25,137 nt of DNA from an uncultured virus (IMG/VR IMGVR_UViG_3300032291_001634) (IMGVR_UViG_3300032291_001634), one strand, 5' to 3'. Shown: positions 18,488-24,908, counted from the stretch's first letter. Notes: generated from the sequence alone by a model not told the origin. Translations and numbers: made by a program.

Positions 18488-19045
18488 CTATAAAGTAGGG
18501 ATAACTCTTACAAACCTAATCTGACTATTTTTGTAGTTAGACAGGCGTTCTATAACAGTTGTTCCACGTGCTTGATTAGCGTGTACAATTTTTCCGTTGC
18601 CGATGTATATTGCGGCATGATAGAAGGAGGTGTAACCTTTGTATGCAAATACAACGATATCTCCGAGTTTAGGCTTCGACACTCTCGTGCCTACATGGCC
18701 TTGCTTATTTGCGGAATGTGGTAGTTCTAAACCGAATCGTTCATAGGTCCAACGGACCATACCTGAACAGTCCCATCCACGGGGACTAGAGCCAGAAAAC
18801 ACGTAAGAAGTTCTTCCTACACGAGTCTTCAGGTATTTAATTACTTTTTTCATCTGAGCAGTATTACGTTTAGTTTTAGCTTCTTTAATCAGAGTCTGAG
18901 TACTAAATGTTTTTACTTTAACAGTTGTTTCTTTTACGGTGGTACTAGGTGTTACTAATGCGTTCTGTGAATCTGCGATTACTGCAGATGCAGAACAACC
19001 AGCTAATGTTAAAATTACGCTGGCTATTAATACGTACTTTTTCAT
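18488..19045 (-). CDS. NlpC/P60 (C40) cell-wall peptidase, lipoprotein
   Basis: Lipobox LAGC; YVFSG...WDCSG catalytic Cys; YHAAIYIGNGKIVHA. Confidence 0.9.
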   Translation of the reverse strand: MKKYVLIASVILTLAGCSASAVIADSQNALVTPSTTVKETTVKVKTFSTQTLIKEAKTKRNTAQMKKVIKYLKTRVGRTSYVFSGSSPRGWDCSGMVRWTYERFGLELPHSANKQGHVGTRVSKPKLGDIVVFAYKGYTSFYHAAIYIGNGKIVHANQARGTTVIERLSNYKNSQIRFVRVIPTL

Positions 19046-19126
19046 TTGGCGACCTTACCTTTCCTGGGTAGTTAGCACTGGGGTCGTTTATTGTCGAAGT
19101 GACATTCTCTATTAAGTTATATAAAC

Positions 19127-19155
19127 ACCCTAGCATAGATGTTTGTGTTGGGCAA
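19127..19155 (-). promoter_or_regulatory. Putative housekeeping-sigma promoter for the NlpC/P60 gene
   Basis: TTGCCC-N17-TAGGGT with extended -10 TG. Confidence 0.5.
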
Positions 19156-19158
19156 CTG

Positions 19159-19494
19159 CTAACTAAGTAAGTAGTCTAAAAGCTCAGGATTGTCTTTAAA
19201 CGTCATTAAAAGAGTTTCTTCGTACATTCCAATGAAGTAATGTTCTGTGTCCTCAAAGTTTAGCTTAGTACTCATTTTACTTCCAGTAAAGAAAGTAAAA
19301 CGAATAGCATGGAGAATCTCATGCATAAGTACTTGTTTCTTACGAGTATCTGAAGCGTCTTTATCAAGAACAATCATATTACGACGTTCTAGTGTATAGC
19401 CATAGTTGTCTTCATAAAGCATTCCATCTTCTTTAGAGGTGTGCTCTACTACAGTCCATATTTGAGTACCGATAAGAATAGTTTCTGGAATCAC
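19159..19494 (-). CDS. HEXXH metallopeptidase-like protein
   Basis: VLMHEILHAI...TEHY; GTGA overlap with the upstream gene. Confidence 0.7.
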   Translation of the reverse strand: MIPETILIGTQIWTVVEHTSKEDGMLYEDNYGYTLERRNMIVLDKDASDTRKKQVLMHEILHAIRFTFFTGSKMSTKLNFEDTEHYFIGMYEETLLMTFKDNPELLDYLLS

Positions 19495-19664
19495 CTGTCA
19501 GACCCCCATCCAGAGCCTTTGAAGGTAAGTGATGGTGCAGAGAAGATACGGGTCATATCTTTATTGCACTTTAAGCATTTTGGTGTTTTACTTTCTTCAG
19601 AGATAGCAACTACCTGACTTACAGTTTGCTCACAGGTTTCACAAGTGTACTGATAAGTAGGCAT
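19491..19664 (-). CDS. FmdB-family zinc-ribbon protein (57 aa)
   Basis: Not in track; MPTYQYTCETC...PKCLKCNKDMTRIFSAPSLTFKGSGW. Confidence 0.85.
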   Translation of the reverse strand: MPTYQYTCETCEQTVSQVVAISEESKTPKCLKCNKDMTRIFSAPSLTFKGSGWGSDR

Positions 19665-19666
19665 GG

Positions 19667-19774
19667 TTAAGCCTTAACTAACTTGCGCTTAGTCGGGTCC
19701 CAAATCTTAGGGTGCTTCTTAGAAGCCTTACCATTTGGACGACTGTCGTTACGTGCACCTTTTGGTTTTGCCAT
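19667..19774 (-). CDS. Small basic peptide (35 aa)
   Basis: Not in track; MAKPKGARNDSRPNGKASKKHPKIWDPTKRKLVKA; AGGA RBS; tight packing. Confidence 0.65.
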   Translation of the reverse strand: MAKPKGARNDSRPNGKASKKHPKIWDPTKRKLVKA

Positions 19775-19798
19775 GTTGTTTTCCTATCTGTTGTTGAG

Positions 19799-19870
19799 CT
19801 GACCTTCCTGGACTCGAACCAGGAACCTTAGAGTTAACAGCTCTCTGCTCTGCCATTGAGCTAAAGGTCA
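19799..19870 (-). tRNA. tRNA-Asn (GTT), CCA not encoded
   Basis: TGACCTT/AAGGTCA acceptor, GCTC/GAGC D-arm, CT-GTT-AA loop, CCTGG-TTCGAGT-CCAGG T-arm, G discriminator. Confidence 0.93.
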
Positions 19871-19930
19871 TAGTGCCAGATGCGCTCTGGCGGGCGGTCT
19901 ACGTTTTCTTGCGATGGCGAAACACACCAG

Positions 19931-20013
19931 TGGACTGCGAGGAATCGCGCCTCGGCAACTCCATACGGAGCACCTCTCGCTACTTTATCCATGGTAGTCA
20001 AGTAGCACAGTCC
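19931..20013 (-). ncRNA. Non-canonical tRNA-like RNA
   Basis: GGACTG/CAGTCC-A acceptor-like stem, CGAGG-CGCGATT-CCTCG T-like arm, two internal hairpins, no normal D or anticodon arm. Confidence 0.55.
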
Positions 20014-20111
20014 TATAGCCCCTTAATCGTTTGTGATGAAGAAGGGTGACTATTGCTGGAATCGCCCGAAGGTTATTCCGATACTCCTTCAGCAAAGGCT
20101 GACGAGCTATA
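20014..20111 (-). ncRNA. Putative structured RNA with C(UUCG)G tetraloop
   Basis: TATAGCTC/GGGCTATA closing stem; GAAGG/CCTTC; GGAAT/ATTCC; CC-TTCG-GG. Confidence 0.45.
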
Positions 20112-20151
20112 CCAGTTTTTCTGCTAAGCATTAGGCACTGACAAGCCTACG

Positions 20152-20222
20152 CTGATTCTCTAGGCGTCGAACCTAGGCTAACGGTGTTGGAGACCGCTGT
20201 GCTACCGTAACACTTAGAACCA
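20152..20222 (-). tRNA. tRNA-Trp (CCA), CCA end not encoded
   Basis: TGGTTCT/AGAATCA acceptor, GTGT/GCAC D-arm, GCGGT-CT-CCA-AC-ACCGT, CTAGG-TTCGACG-CCTAG, G discriminator. Confidence 0.9.
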
Positions 20223-20226
20223 AAGC

Positions 20227-20298
20227 GTAACACATTTCAAACAGTTCTTCGAAGTTATCGCTGGGTCTTCCCTGCAATAAACTGCCTTAGTGCGTTAC
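20227..20298 (-). ncRNA. Putative structured RNA (three-way junction)
   Basis: GTAACGCA/TGTGTTAC, GGCAGTT/AACTGTT, TATTGC/GCGATA, GGG-AAGA-CCC; G.U pairs favour the minus strand. Confidence 0.45.
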
Positions 20299-20373
20299 TT
20301 GATAGCGATAGGCATTGGAGGGCTACTGTTGCCCAGTGCTCTGGGTGACTCCATAGTGTGCGTCATCTATCCG

Positions 20374-20453
20374 TGGACCAGCACAGAATCGAACTGTGGT
20401 CTTACAGATTCCTACTGGAGGCTTTGTTCTGCAATCGACACCATTTCTAGCCC
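20374..20453 (-). ncRNA. Minimal tmRNA tRNA-like domain (TLD-only RNA, 80 nt)
   Basis: GGGCTAG/CTGGTCC-A with G3.U70; stemless D-loop AAATGGTGTCGA; helix TTGCAGA/TCTGTAA; GAC linker; CACAG-TTCGATT-CTGTG. Confidence 0.75.
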
Positions 20454-20458
20454 TAACA

Positions 20459-20488
20459 ACCTGGGTACCGTTTCCTGCGTACCCAGGT
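20459..20488 (-). other. 10-bp hairpin between hsp20 and the RNA operon (terminator for hsp20 and/or leader hairpin)
   Basis: ACCTGGGTAC-N10-GTACCCAGGT followed by TGTT. Confidence 0.6.
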
Positions 20489-20500
20489 ATTTATGTAATT

Positions 20501-20528
20501 AGTATACACCAAAATTACTTAATGTCAA
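20501..20528 (-). promoter_or_regulatory. Near-consensus promoter for the RNA operon
   Basis: TTGACA-N16-TATACT overlapping the end of hsp20. Confidence 0.65.
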
Positions 20529-21048
20529 TTACCTTAGGCTTCTTTTCTTCTGGTAGTTCTTTATTAAAAGTAATTACTAACATACCGTTGTCTAGTTCAG
20601 CACCAGCTACTACCCAGTATTCAGCAATAGCAAGAGATAAAGTAAAGTCTCTAGTAGCAATACCTTGATATAGTATTTCTCCCTTAGCCTTACTCTCCTT
20701 GTTACCTTGAATAGTAATAGTAGAATCTTTAACAGTAATAGTAATTTCTTTTTTACTAAACCCAGCAACAGCTACATTGAGTAGGTTAGTCTCATCATCC
20801 AATTGAACAATGTCATATGGAGGATAAGTAGGTTTATTGTTAGTGATTTCTTTGAGTTGGTCAAGAAGTGGAGACCAGCCAATAGATAGGCGGTCTAGAC
20901 GGGGAAACAGGTCAGCAATAGTAGCTACCTTTTTAGTTTCTGTTTGCCACTTCTTGTAGCTATCCTCATGGATTTTAGGACCCCAAGGTTCATAGGGATT
21001 CTTCTTGTGTTTATCCCATGGGTCATTTGAATATGGTTGTATATGCAT
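20515..21048 (-). CDS. Hsp20 / alpha-crystallin small heat-shock protein (IbpA-like)
   Basis: TYPPYDI, VAVAGF, YQGIATRDF, AELDNGMLVI, ELPEEKKPKVIDIK. Confidence 0.95.
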   Translation of the reverse strand: MHIQPYSNDPWDKHKKNPYEPWGPKIHEDSYKKWQTETKKVATIADLFPRLDRLSIGWSPLLDQLKEITNNKPTYPPYDIVQLDDETNLLNVAVAGFSKKEITITVKDSTITIQGNKESKAKGEILYQGIATRDFTLSLAIAEYWVVAGAELDNGMLVITFNKELPEEKKPKVIDIK

Positions 21049-21105
21049 TTCTACTCCTTAGACGTAGATTGTTATTTATGATACCCAATTGGCGTATCTA
21101 TATTT

Positions 21106-21134
21106 ATATTATATACTTAATGACTACTTGTCAA
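21106..21134 (-). promoter_or_regulatory. Putative promoter for hsp20
   Basis: TTGACA-N17-TAATAT (overlapping TATAAT at N15). Confidence 0.6.
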
Positions 21135-21137
21135 GCT

Positions 21138-21749
21138 TTACTTATATCTATAACTGCCTGTTTCTGGCTCACCATCATCCTGCATTTCTGGGTCAGGATT
21201 ACGTACGTAAGTTAGTCTTTGTGGGACGTAGTCCTCAGTTAGCTTCATTAATAAAGCTGTTTTTTTGCTTTGATTAGTAAAAAAGGTATCCGCTTGATGT
21301 AGTATGCCTCCAGGCTTAAATTCTGCTGCAGTGCGTGCAGCAAGCTCACCAGGTTGGTTTGATAGCTTTTTAAGAGCGTCTAAGTGCTGTCTACCAGACA
21401 ATACTGCATTACCTACAGACGATACTCTATCTGAAAGGGTTTGGTTATCTGGGTCAGGAGAGTGGTTGCCCAAACCATTAAAAACTCCGCTAGTTGAGTT
21501 TCCACGGTATAAACTTAAACCAGCATTACCAACGCCTTCTACTGCAGCGTTGTGTTTAAAGTGGCTTTGGTCACCTAGCACATGCTTTAATTGAGAAGGA
21601 AATGGGGCATTACGTCGAACATCCGCATCTAACATGCCTTTTATAATATGTGCTCCACGATGTTTGTTTTCATCAAACCCAGGCAGTTGATTTTCTGGTG
21701 AGTCAGGAATCCACCCTTCTGCAGGGGGGTTAAATTTTGCCTTAGCCAT
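21138..21749 (-). CDS. Hypothetical protein
   Basis: 203 aa ORF, AAGGA RBS. Confidence 0.65.
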   Translation of the reverse strand: MAKAKFNPPAEGWIPDSPENQLPGFDENKHRGAHIIKGMLDADVRRNAPFPSQLKHVLGDQSHFKHNAAVEGVGNAGLSLYRGNSTSGVFNGLGNHSPDPDNQTLSDRVSSVGNAVLSGRQHLDALKKLSNQPGELAARTAAEFKPGGILHQADTFFTNQSKKTALLMKLTEDYVPQRLTYVRNPDPEMQDDGEPETGSYRYK

Positions 21750-21761
21750 TATTTCCTTTTA

Positions 21762-22022
21762 TTATTTTAGATGTGGGTGGGCATCCCACCACTCTTTAAC
21801 TACCTTAGATACAAAGTCTTCTCTTGGTTCTTGAGTTGATTCAACTTTAGGCGCATTAGACAGCTGCTGGGATGCGGCAGGGTGAGCTTGTTCTGTAGGA
21901 CCATTCTCTGCTACATCACGTTCTTTGGCCTCACGTACTTTACGCTGATTAGGAGTTTCTGGCCATGAACCTGTACGTTCATAATGTTCTTTACGAGCCC
22001 AGTAGGCTGCATCTCTAGCCAT
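21762..22022 (-). CDS. Hypothetical protein
   Basis: 86 aa ORF, AAGGA RBS. Confidence 0.65.
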   Translation of the reverse strand: MARDAAYWARKEHYERTGSWPETPNQRKVREAKERDVAENGPTEQAHPAASQQLSNAPKVESTQEPREDFVSKVVKEWWDAHPHLK

Positions 22023-22071
22023 AGCTATCCTTGTTCAACGACGGGAGGCACTTTTTCGGCCCCGGCTATTT

Positions 22072-22578
22072 TTAGCGGATTGGTCCTCTGATGTTACGAG
22101 TCTTCTTTACGCTTCCTGCTGCTTTAGCTTCTGGGTAAAGGTTGGTGTTGCTTGGGACGCCTCTACGCTGATTTGACTGGCGAACCATAGTCTTGCCTTC
22201 AGCGATTGAACGAGCTGCTGGGTCCATAGCTGCAAGGGCTTGGTCTCTACCTTTTACACCTGGAGTTAGTGGTGCTTGTGACTCTAGCCTTGATAGTTTG
22301 GCACGTGGGTTACGTCTTTGGCGCTTTTCAGCTTCAGCAGATGCACTGACGTGTCCAGACTCTACTAGGAAACGACCAGTTCCACTGTGTACGTAGTCCT
22401 TGTGGCCTTGCATTAGTCTAGTGTCTGTTTGCATACGGTAGACTGCTCCTGGGCTGTATGCTGGCTTACCGTTGTCTTTTTTGATACCAGAGTAGTAGTC
22501 TCTAGTTGCGTTAATCATTCCACCAGTTGCTACTGGGGAGTAAAGGTCTGTTGCTGCGCTTCTGTCGCGTCCTGCCAT
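22072..22578 (-). CDS. Basic hypothetical protein
   Basis: 168 aa R/K/G-rich ORF, AAGGA RBS. Confidence 0.65.
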   Translation of the reverse strand: MAGRDRSAATDLYSPVATGGMINATRDYYSGIKKDNGKPAYSPGAVYRMQTDTRLMQGHKDYVHSGTGRFLVESGHVSASAEAEKRQRRNPRAKLSRLESQAPLTPGVKGRDQALAAMDPAARSIAEGKTMVRQSNQRRGVPSNTNLYPEAKAAGSVKKTRNIRGPIR

Positions 22579-22607
22579 GGTTTATCCTTAATCTTAAGTC
22601 TGTATTT

Positions 22608-22634
22608 AGTTTATACCTAAATGTGTGGTATAGT
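22608..22634. promoter_or_regulatory. Divergent promoter region at the strand switch
   Basis: Plus strand extended -10 TGgTATAGT (22626-22634); minus strand TAAACT (22608-22613); AT-rich. Confidence 0.5.
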
Positions 22635-22667
22635 ATGTCAAAATATAGATATAACGAAGGATTGATT

Positions 22668-23015
22668 ATGGCTAAGAAACCAATTACCGCTTCTGCAAGT
22701 GATTTTAAGACCCGCCTAATGGCTCACCCAGCAGTACTGGGAGCTACAGGACTTTTTGCGGGAGGTGCTGGTAAAGGTGTTGGAGAGCCTAGAGTTGACC
22801 CTACTGGTACAATCCAACCTTTCTTTGACCTAACTAATGCCCACCCTAATGGCGCCCCTGCAGTTGGTGCAGCTATTGGTGTTGGTGCTGGATTAGTTAC
22901 TGCTGTAGTTGCTCAGCGTCGTCAAGCTAAGAGGTACCACGAGCAGAAGAATGCTGTTGCTAGAACTGCTAGCCTAAACCCTAAAATCCTAAAGAACTAC
23001 AAAAGCCCTAGGTAA
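22668..23015 (+). CDS. Gly/Ala-rich membrane protein (likely start ATG 22668)
   Basis: GAAGGA RBS; AVGAAIGVGAGLVTAVVA TM followed by RR. Confidence 0.65.
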   Translation: MAKKPITASASDFKTRLMAHPAVLGATGLFAGGAGKGVGEPRVDPTGTIQPFFDLTNAHPNGAPAVGAAIGVGAGLVTAVVAQRRQAKRYHEQKNAVARTASLNPKILKNYKSPR

Positions 23016-23037
23016 TCCTTAAAACGCCCCTGCCATT

Positions 23038-23325
23038 ATGAATCCTTATACACAGGACATGTCTTGCCCCGGGAAATGTGGGCAATCTATAACCTATAAT
23101 AAAAGCAAAGACACCTGGTCTCATGCAGGTCTACACGACAGTTCTTGTCCATTTCATCAATATGAACCTATGGACCACAGACATGTGTTAGATATTAGGT
23201 GGGGTAGACTTAAATTCAATGACCAGGGTGAAATTGAAGAGGTAAAAAGGGAACCTGAGCCTGTTCCTGAGCCTAAATTAGCTGATGTAATCAGTCTGGC
23301 TCAATATCGTAAGAAAAAATCTTAA
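23038..23325 (+). CDS. Hypothetical protein with possible Zn ligands
   Basis: CPGKC...H...C; C-terminal ADVISLAQYRKKK. Confidence 0.6.
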   Translation: MNPYTQDMSCPGKCGQSITYNKSKDTWSHAGLHDSSCPFHQYEPMDHRHVLDIRWGRLKFNDQGEIEEVKREPEPVPEPKLADVISLAQYRKKKS

Positions 23326-23332
23326 AAAACAC

Positions 23333-23361
23333 TTGACAAGCTCTTAACTAGGTTATAGATT
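23333..23361 (+). promoter_or_regulatory. Housekeeping-sigma promoter, probably giving a leaderless transcript
   Basis: TTGACA-N17-TAGATT with ATG 6 nt downstream. Confidence 0.65.
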
Positions 23362-23367
23362 AGCCGT

Positions 23368-23454
23368 ATGAAGTTAATTGAGCAGTTTTATCTCCTATCA
23401 ATGAAACACTCTCTACGGGCCTCACAAGGGCTTACAGGGGCATTCTATGCCTAG
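23368..23454 (+). CDS. Putative leaderless 28-aa uORF overlapping the HNH start
   Basis: MKLIEQFYLLSMKHSLRASQGLTGAFYA. Confidence 0.35.
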   Translation: MKLIEQFYLLSMKHSLRASQGLTGAFYA

Positions 23455-23953
23455 ACCGACACCGCCATGTGGAACTAGGGCCGGTTATCGTCTTCATGTT
23501 AGGGTGCAGGGGCGTCCTAAGGATGAATGTGAGCTATGTCACACAGCAGAAGTGCAGTATTGGCGTGACAAAAGAAATCCAGAACATCCGGATTACCGTG
23601 GAAATATAATAAATAAAATCTCTAGACGTAGGCGCTTCCTTAAGAAGCACGACTTACCTAAAATAAACTACAGGCTACGTGACGAAACCATCTCCAAACG
23701 CGATAAACGTAGATGGGGTTGGGAGCACTACACTACAGAGATGATACTAGAGCGTTGGGGCACCATTTGCTATCTTTGCAACGAAGAGATAGACTTAGAA
23801 GCACCAAGAAGAAGCTCCATAGGATTACACCTAGACCATGTAATACCAATAGCAAAGAAGGGCTGTGACATCATAGATAACGTAAAACCAACTCATGCAC
23901 ATTGCAACCTCGCCAAATCAGACAAAATGTGGCTAAATGGCGAACTCGTTTAG
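23447..23953 (+). CDS. HNH endonuclease with N-terminal Zn-binding motif
   Basis: CYLC...HLDHVIPIAKKGCDIIDNVKPTHAHCNLAK; N-terminal CGTRAGYRLH...CELC. Confidence 0.92.
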   Translation: MPRPTPPCGTRAGYRLHVRVQGRPKDECELCHTAEVQYWRDKRNPEHPDYRGNIINKISRRRRFLKKHDLPKINYRLRDETISKRDKRRWGWEHYTTEMILERWGTICYLCNEEIDLEAPRRSSIGLHLDHVIPIAKKGCDIIDNVKPTHAHCNLAKSDKMWLNGELV

Positions 23954-23959
23954 GCTACT

Positions 23960-24325
23960 GCCCTAGCTAGAAGGGCTCAACCGTGTTTTCTACCTGGCGA
24001 CTCTCCTAGAACTTTGCGTTAGGGCTAGTAGAATTGGTTATGGCATACTATAACTATCACGCCTAACGGCTAATCAAGCGTTAGGTATGTCCCTAGTATC
24101 TAGGCGTAATCGTGTAAGGGTTGCCTAGATACACGCTTAGGCGTTAGCCCTAGTGTCTAGTAATTGCTAGATAAAGACTAGGGCTAACGCTTCTATGTGG
24201 TTTATCTCCACGCCTAACGCCACGACATACCCTAGGCATTAGGGCTAATCTCTCCCTAGTGTCTAGCGTATGTCGTGTTGTTTAGACATACGGGGCAACA
24301 ACCTAACTAACAACCGTTAGTTAGG
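23960..24325 (+). repeat. Array of ~8 long hairpins built from recurring CCCTAGT(A/G)TCTAG and CGCCTAACG motifs
   Basis: For example 14-bp GCGTTAGCCCTAGT/ACTAGGGCTAACGC (24141-24190) and 10-bp stems at 24096-24132, 24221-24277 and 24302-24325. Confidence 0.8.
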
Positions 24326-24355
24326 CAACCTTATTACTCAAGGAGAGTGATAGCG

Positions 24356-24841
24356 ATGGACACTACAACATCGCAAACAGTAGTAGTTGCTGATTCAACT
24401 ACAACCGATGATGTGGCTACCCTATTGGGTTTCTTTACATCATCAACCGTTGCTGACGCTATTAAGCGTCATCCTGAGATTCGCGAGATTCTTCTCGCTG
24501 ACTTAGGACCACGACTAGAGGCAACTCTAGAAGTCAACGGTACCGTCTACACTGTGCCAAGTGCGGCGCAAGAACTAGCTACGCTCTATGTAGCAGGTAA
24601 AGCAATGCACAAGGCTACAGGGGGCAACGCTAAGTTGTTGTTGAAGTTCTTGGAAGAGAACGACTACGTCAACGTCAACCCAGAAGACGCTAAGAACGGC
24701 GCCTGCTGGTTGGAACCGAACGATGCAGTGTTGTTCATGACCCTAGATGACTGGTTCAAAGAACTAGGCATCAACCGTAGTCGTGGCTCACAAGGCATTT
24801 GGGGTCTAAAGAACCTCAAGGACGACGAGTCAGCCGAGTAA
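24356..24841 (+). CDS. Hypothetical early-type protein (start ATG 24356 or GTG 24347)
   Basis: AAGGAG RBS; first gene after the hairpin array. Confidence 0.7.
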   Translation: MDTTTSQTVVVADSTTTDDVATLLGFFTSSTVADAIKRHPEIREILLADLGPRLEATLEVNGTVYTVPSAAQELATLYVAGKAMHKATGGNAKLLLKFLEENDYVNVNPEDAKNGACWLEPNDAVLFMTLDDWFKELGINRSRGSQGIWGLKNLKDDESAE

Positions 24842-24860
24842 TTCGGCTACTGCTCATCAC

Positions 24861-24908
24861 ACGGGCAGGCTAAGTGAGTCTATCACCAGACTTACGAAGC
24901 CTGCCCGT
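24861..24908 (+). other. Long interrupted hairpin (terminator or RNase III-type site)
   Basis: ACGGGCAGGCT-AA-GTGAGTCT-loop-AGACTTAC-GA-AGCCTGCCCGT. Confidence 0.65.

Noticed and set aside
19046..19126. c-di-AMP (ydaO) riboswitch upstream of NlpC/P60
   Set aside because: Leader too short and the conserved motifs are not recognisable.
19667..19774. Ribosomal protein bL37/bS22-like peptide
   Set aside because: Only compositional similarity (short and basic); no motif match.
20027..20108. Plus-strand box C/D-like pair (TGATGA...CTGA) and hammerhead-like CTGACGA
   Set aside because: Opposite strand to the operon, non-canonical k-turn spacing and no matching GAAA core; likely chance.
20111..20150. 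HDV-like theta ribozyme at the tRNA 3' end
   Set aside because: No P3/L3 (UCC-containing loop) nested double-pseudoknot topology visible.
19931..20453. One full-length tmRNA from 20453 to 19931, or a two-piece permuted tmRNA
   Set aside because: The 5' strand pairs fully with its local 3' strand at 20374, the order is not permuted, tRNA-Trp lies inside, and I found no tag-like frame ending in Ala-Ala.
20290..20668. Plus-strand ORFs 20290-20502 and 20396-20668
   Set aside because: Antisense to the TLD RNA and hsp20; no RBS.
285..22396. Many plus-strand ORFs in the track (e.g. 1992-2648, 12978-13358, 14127-14498, 16913-17212)
   Set aside because: Antisense shadows of well-supported minus-strand genes; no RBS and composition mirrors the real codons.
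23960..24325. CRISPR array
   Set aside because: Repeats are short, in both orientations and irregularly spaced, with no repeat-spacer periodicity and no cas genes.
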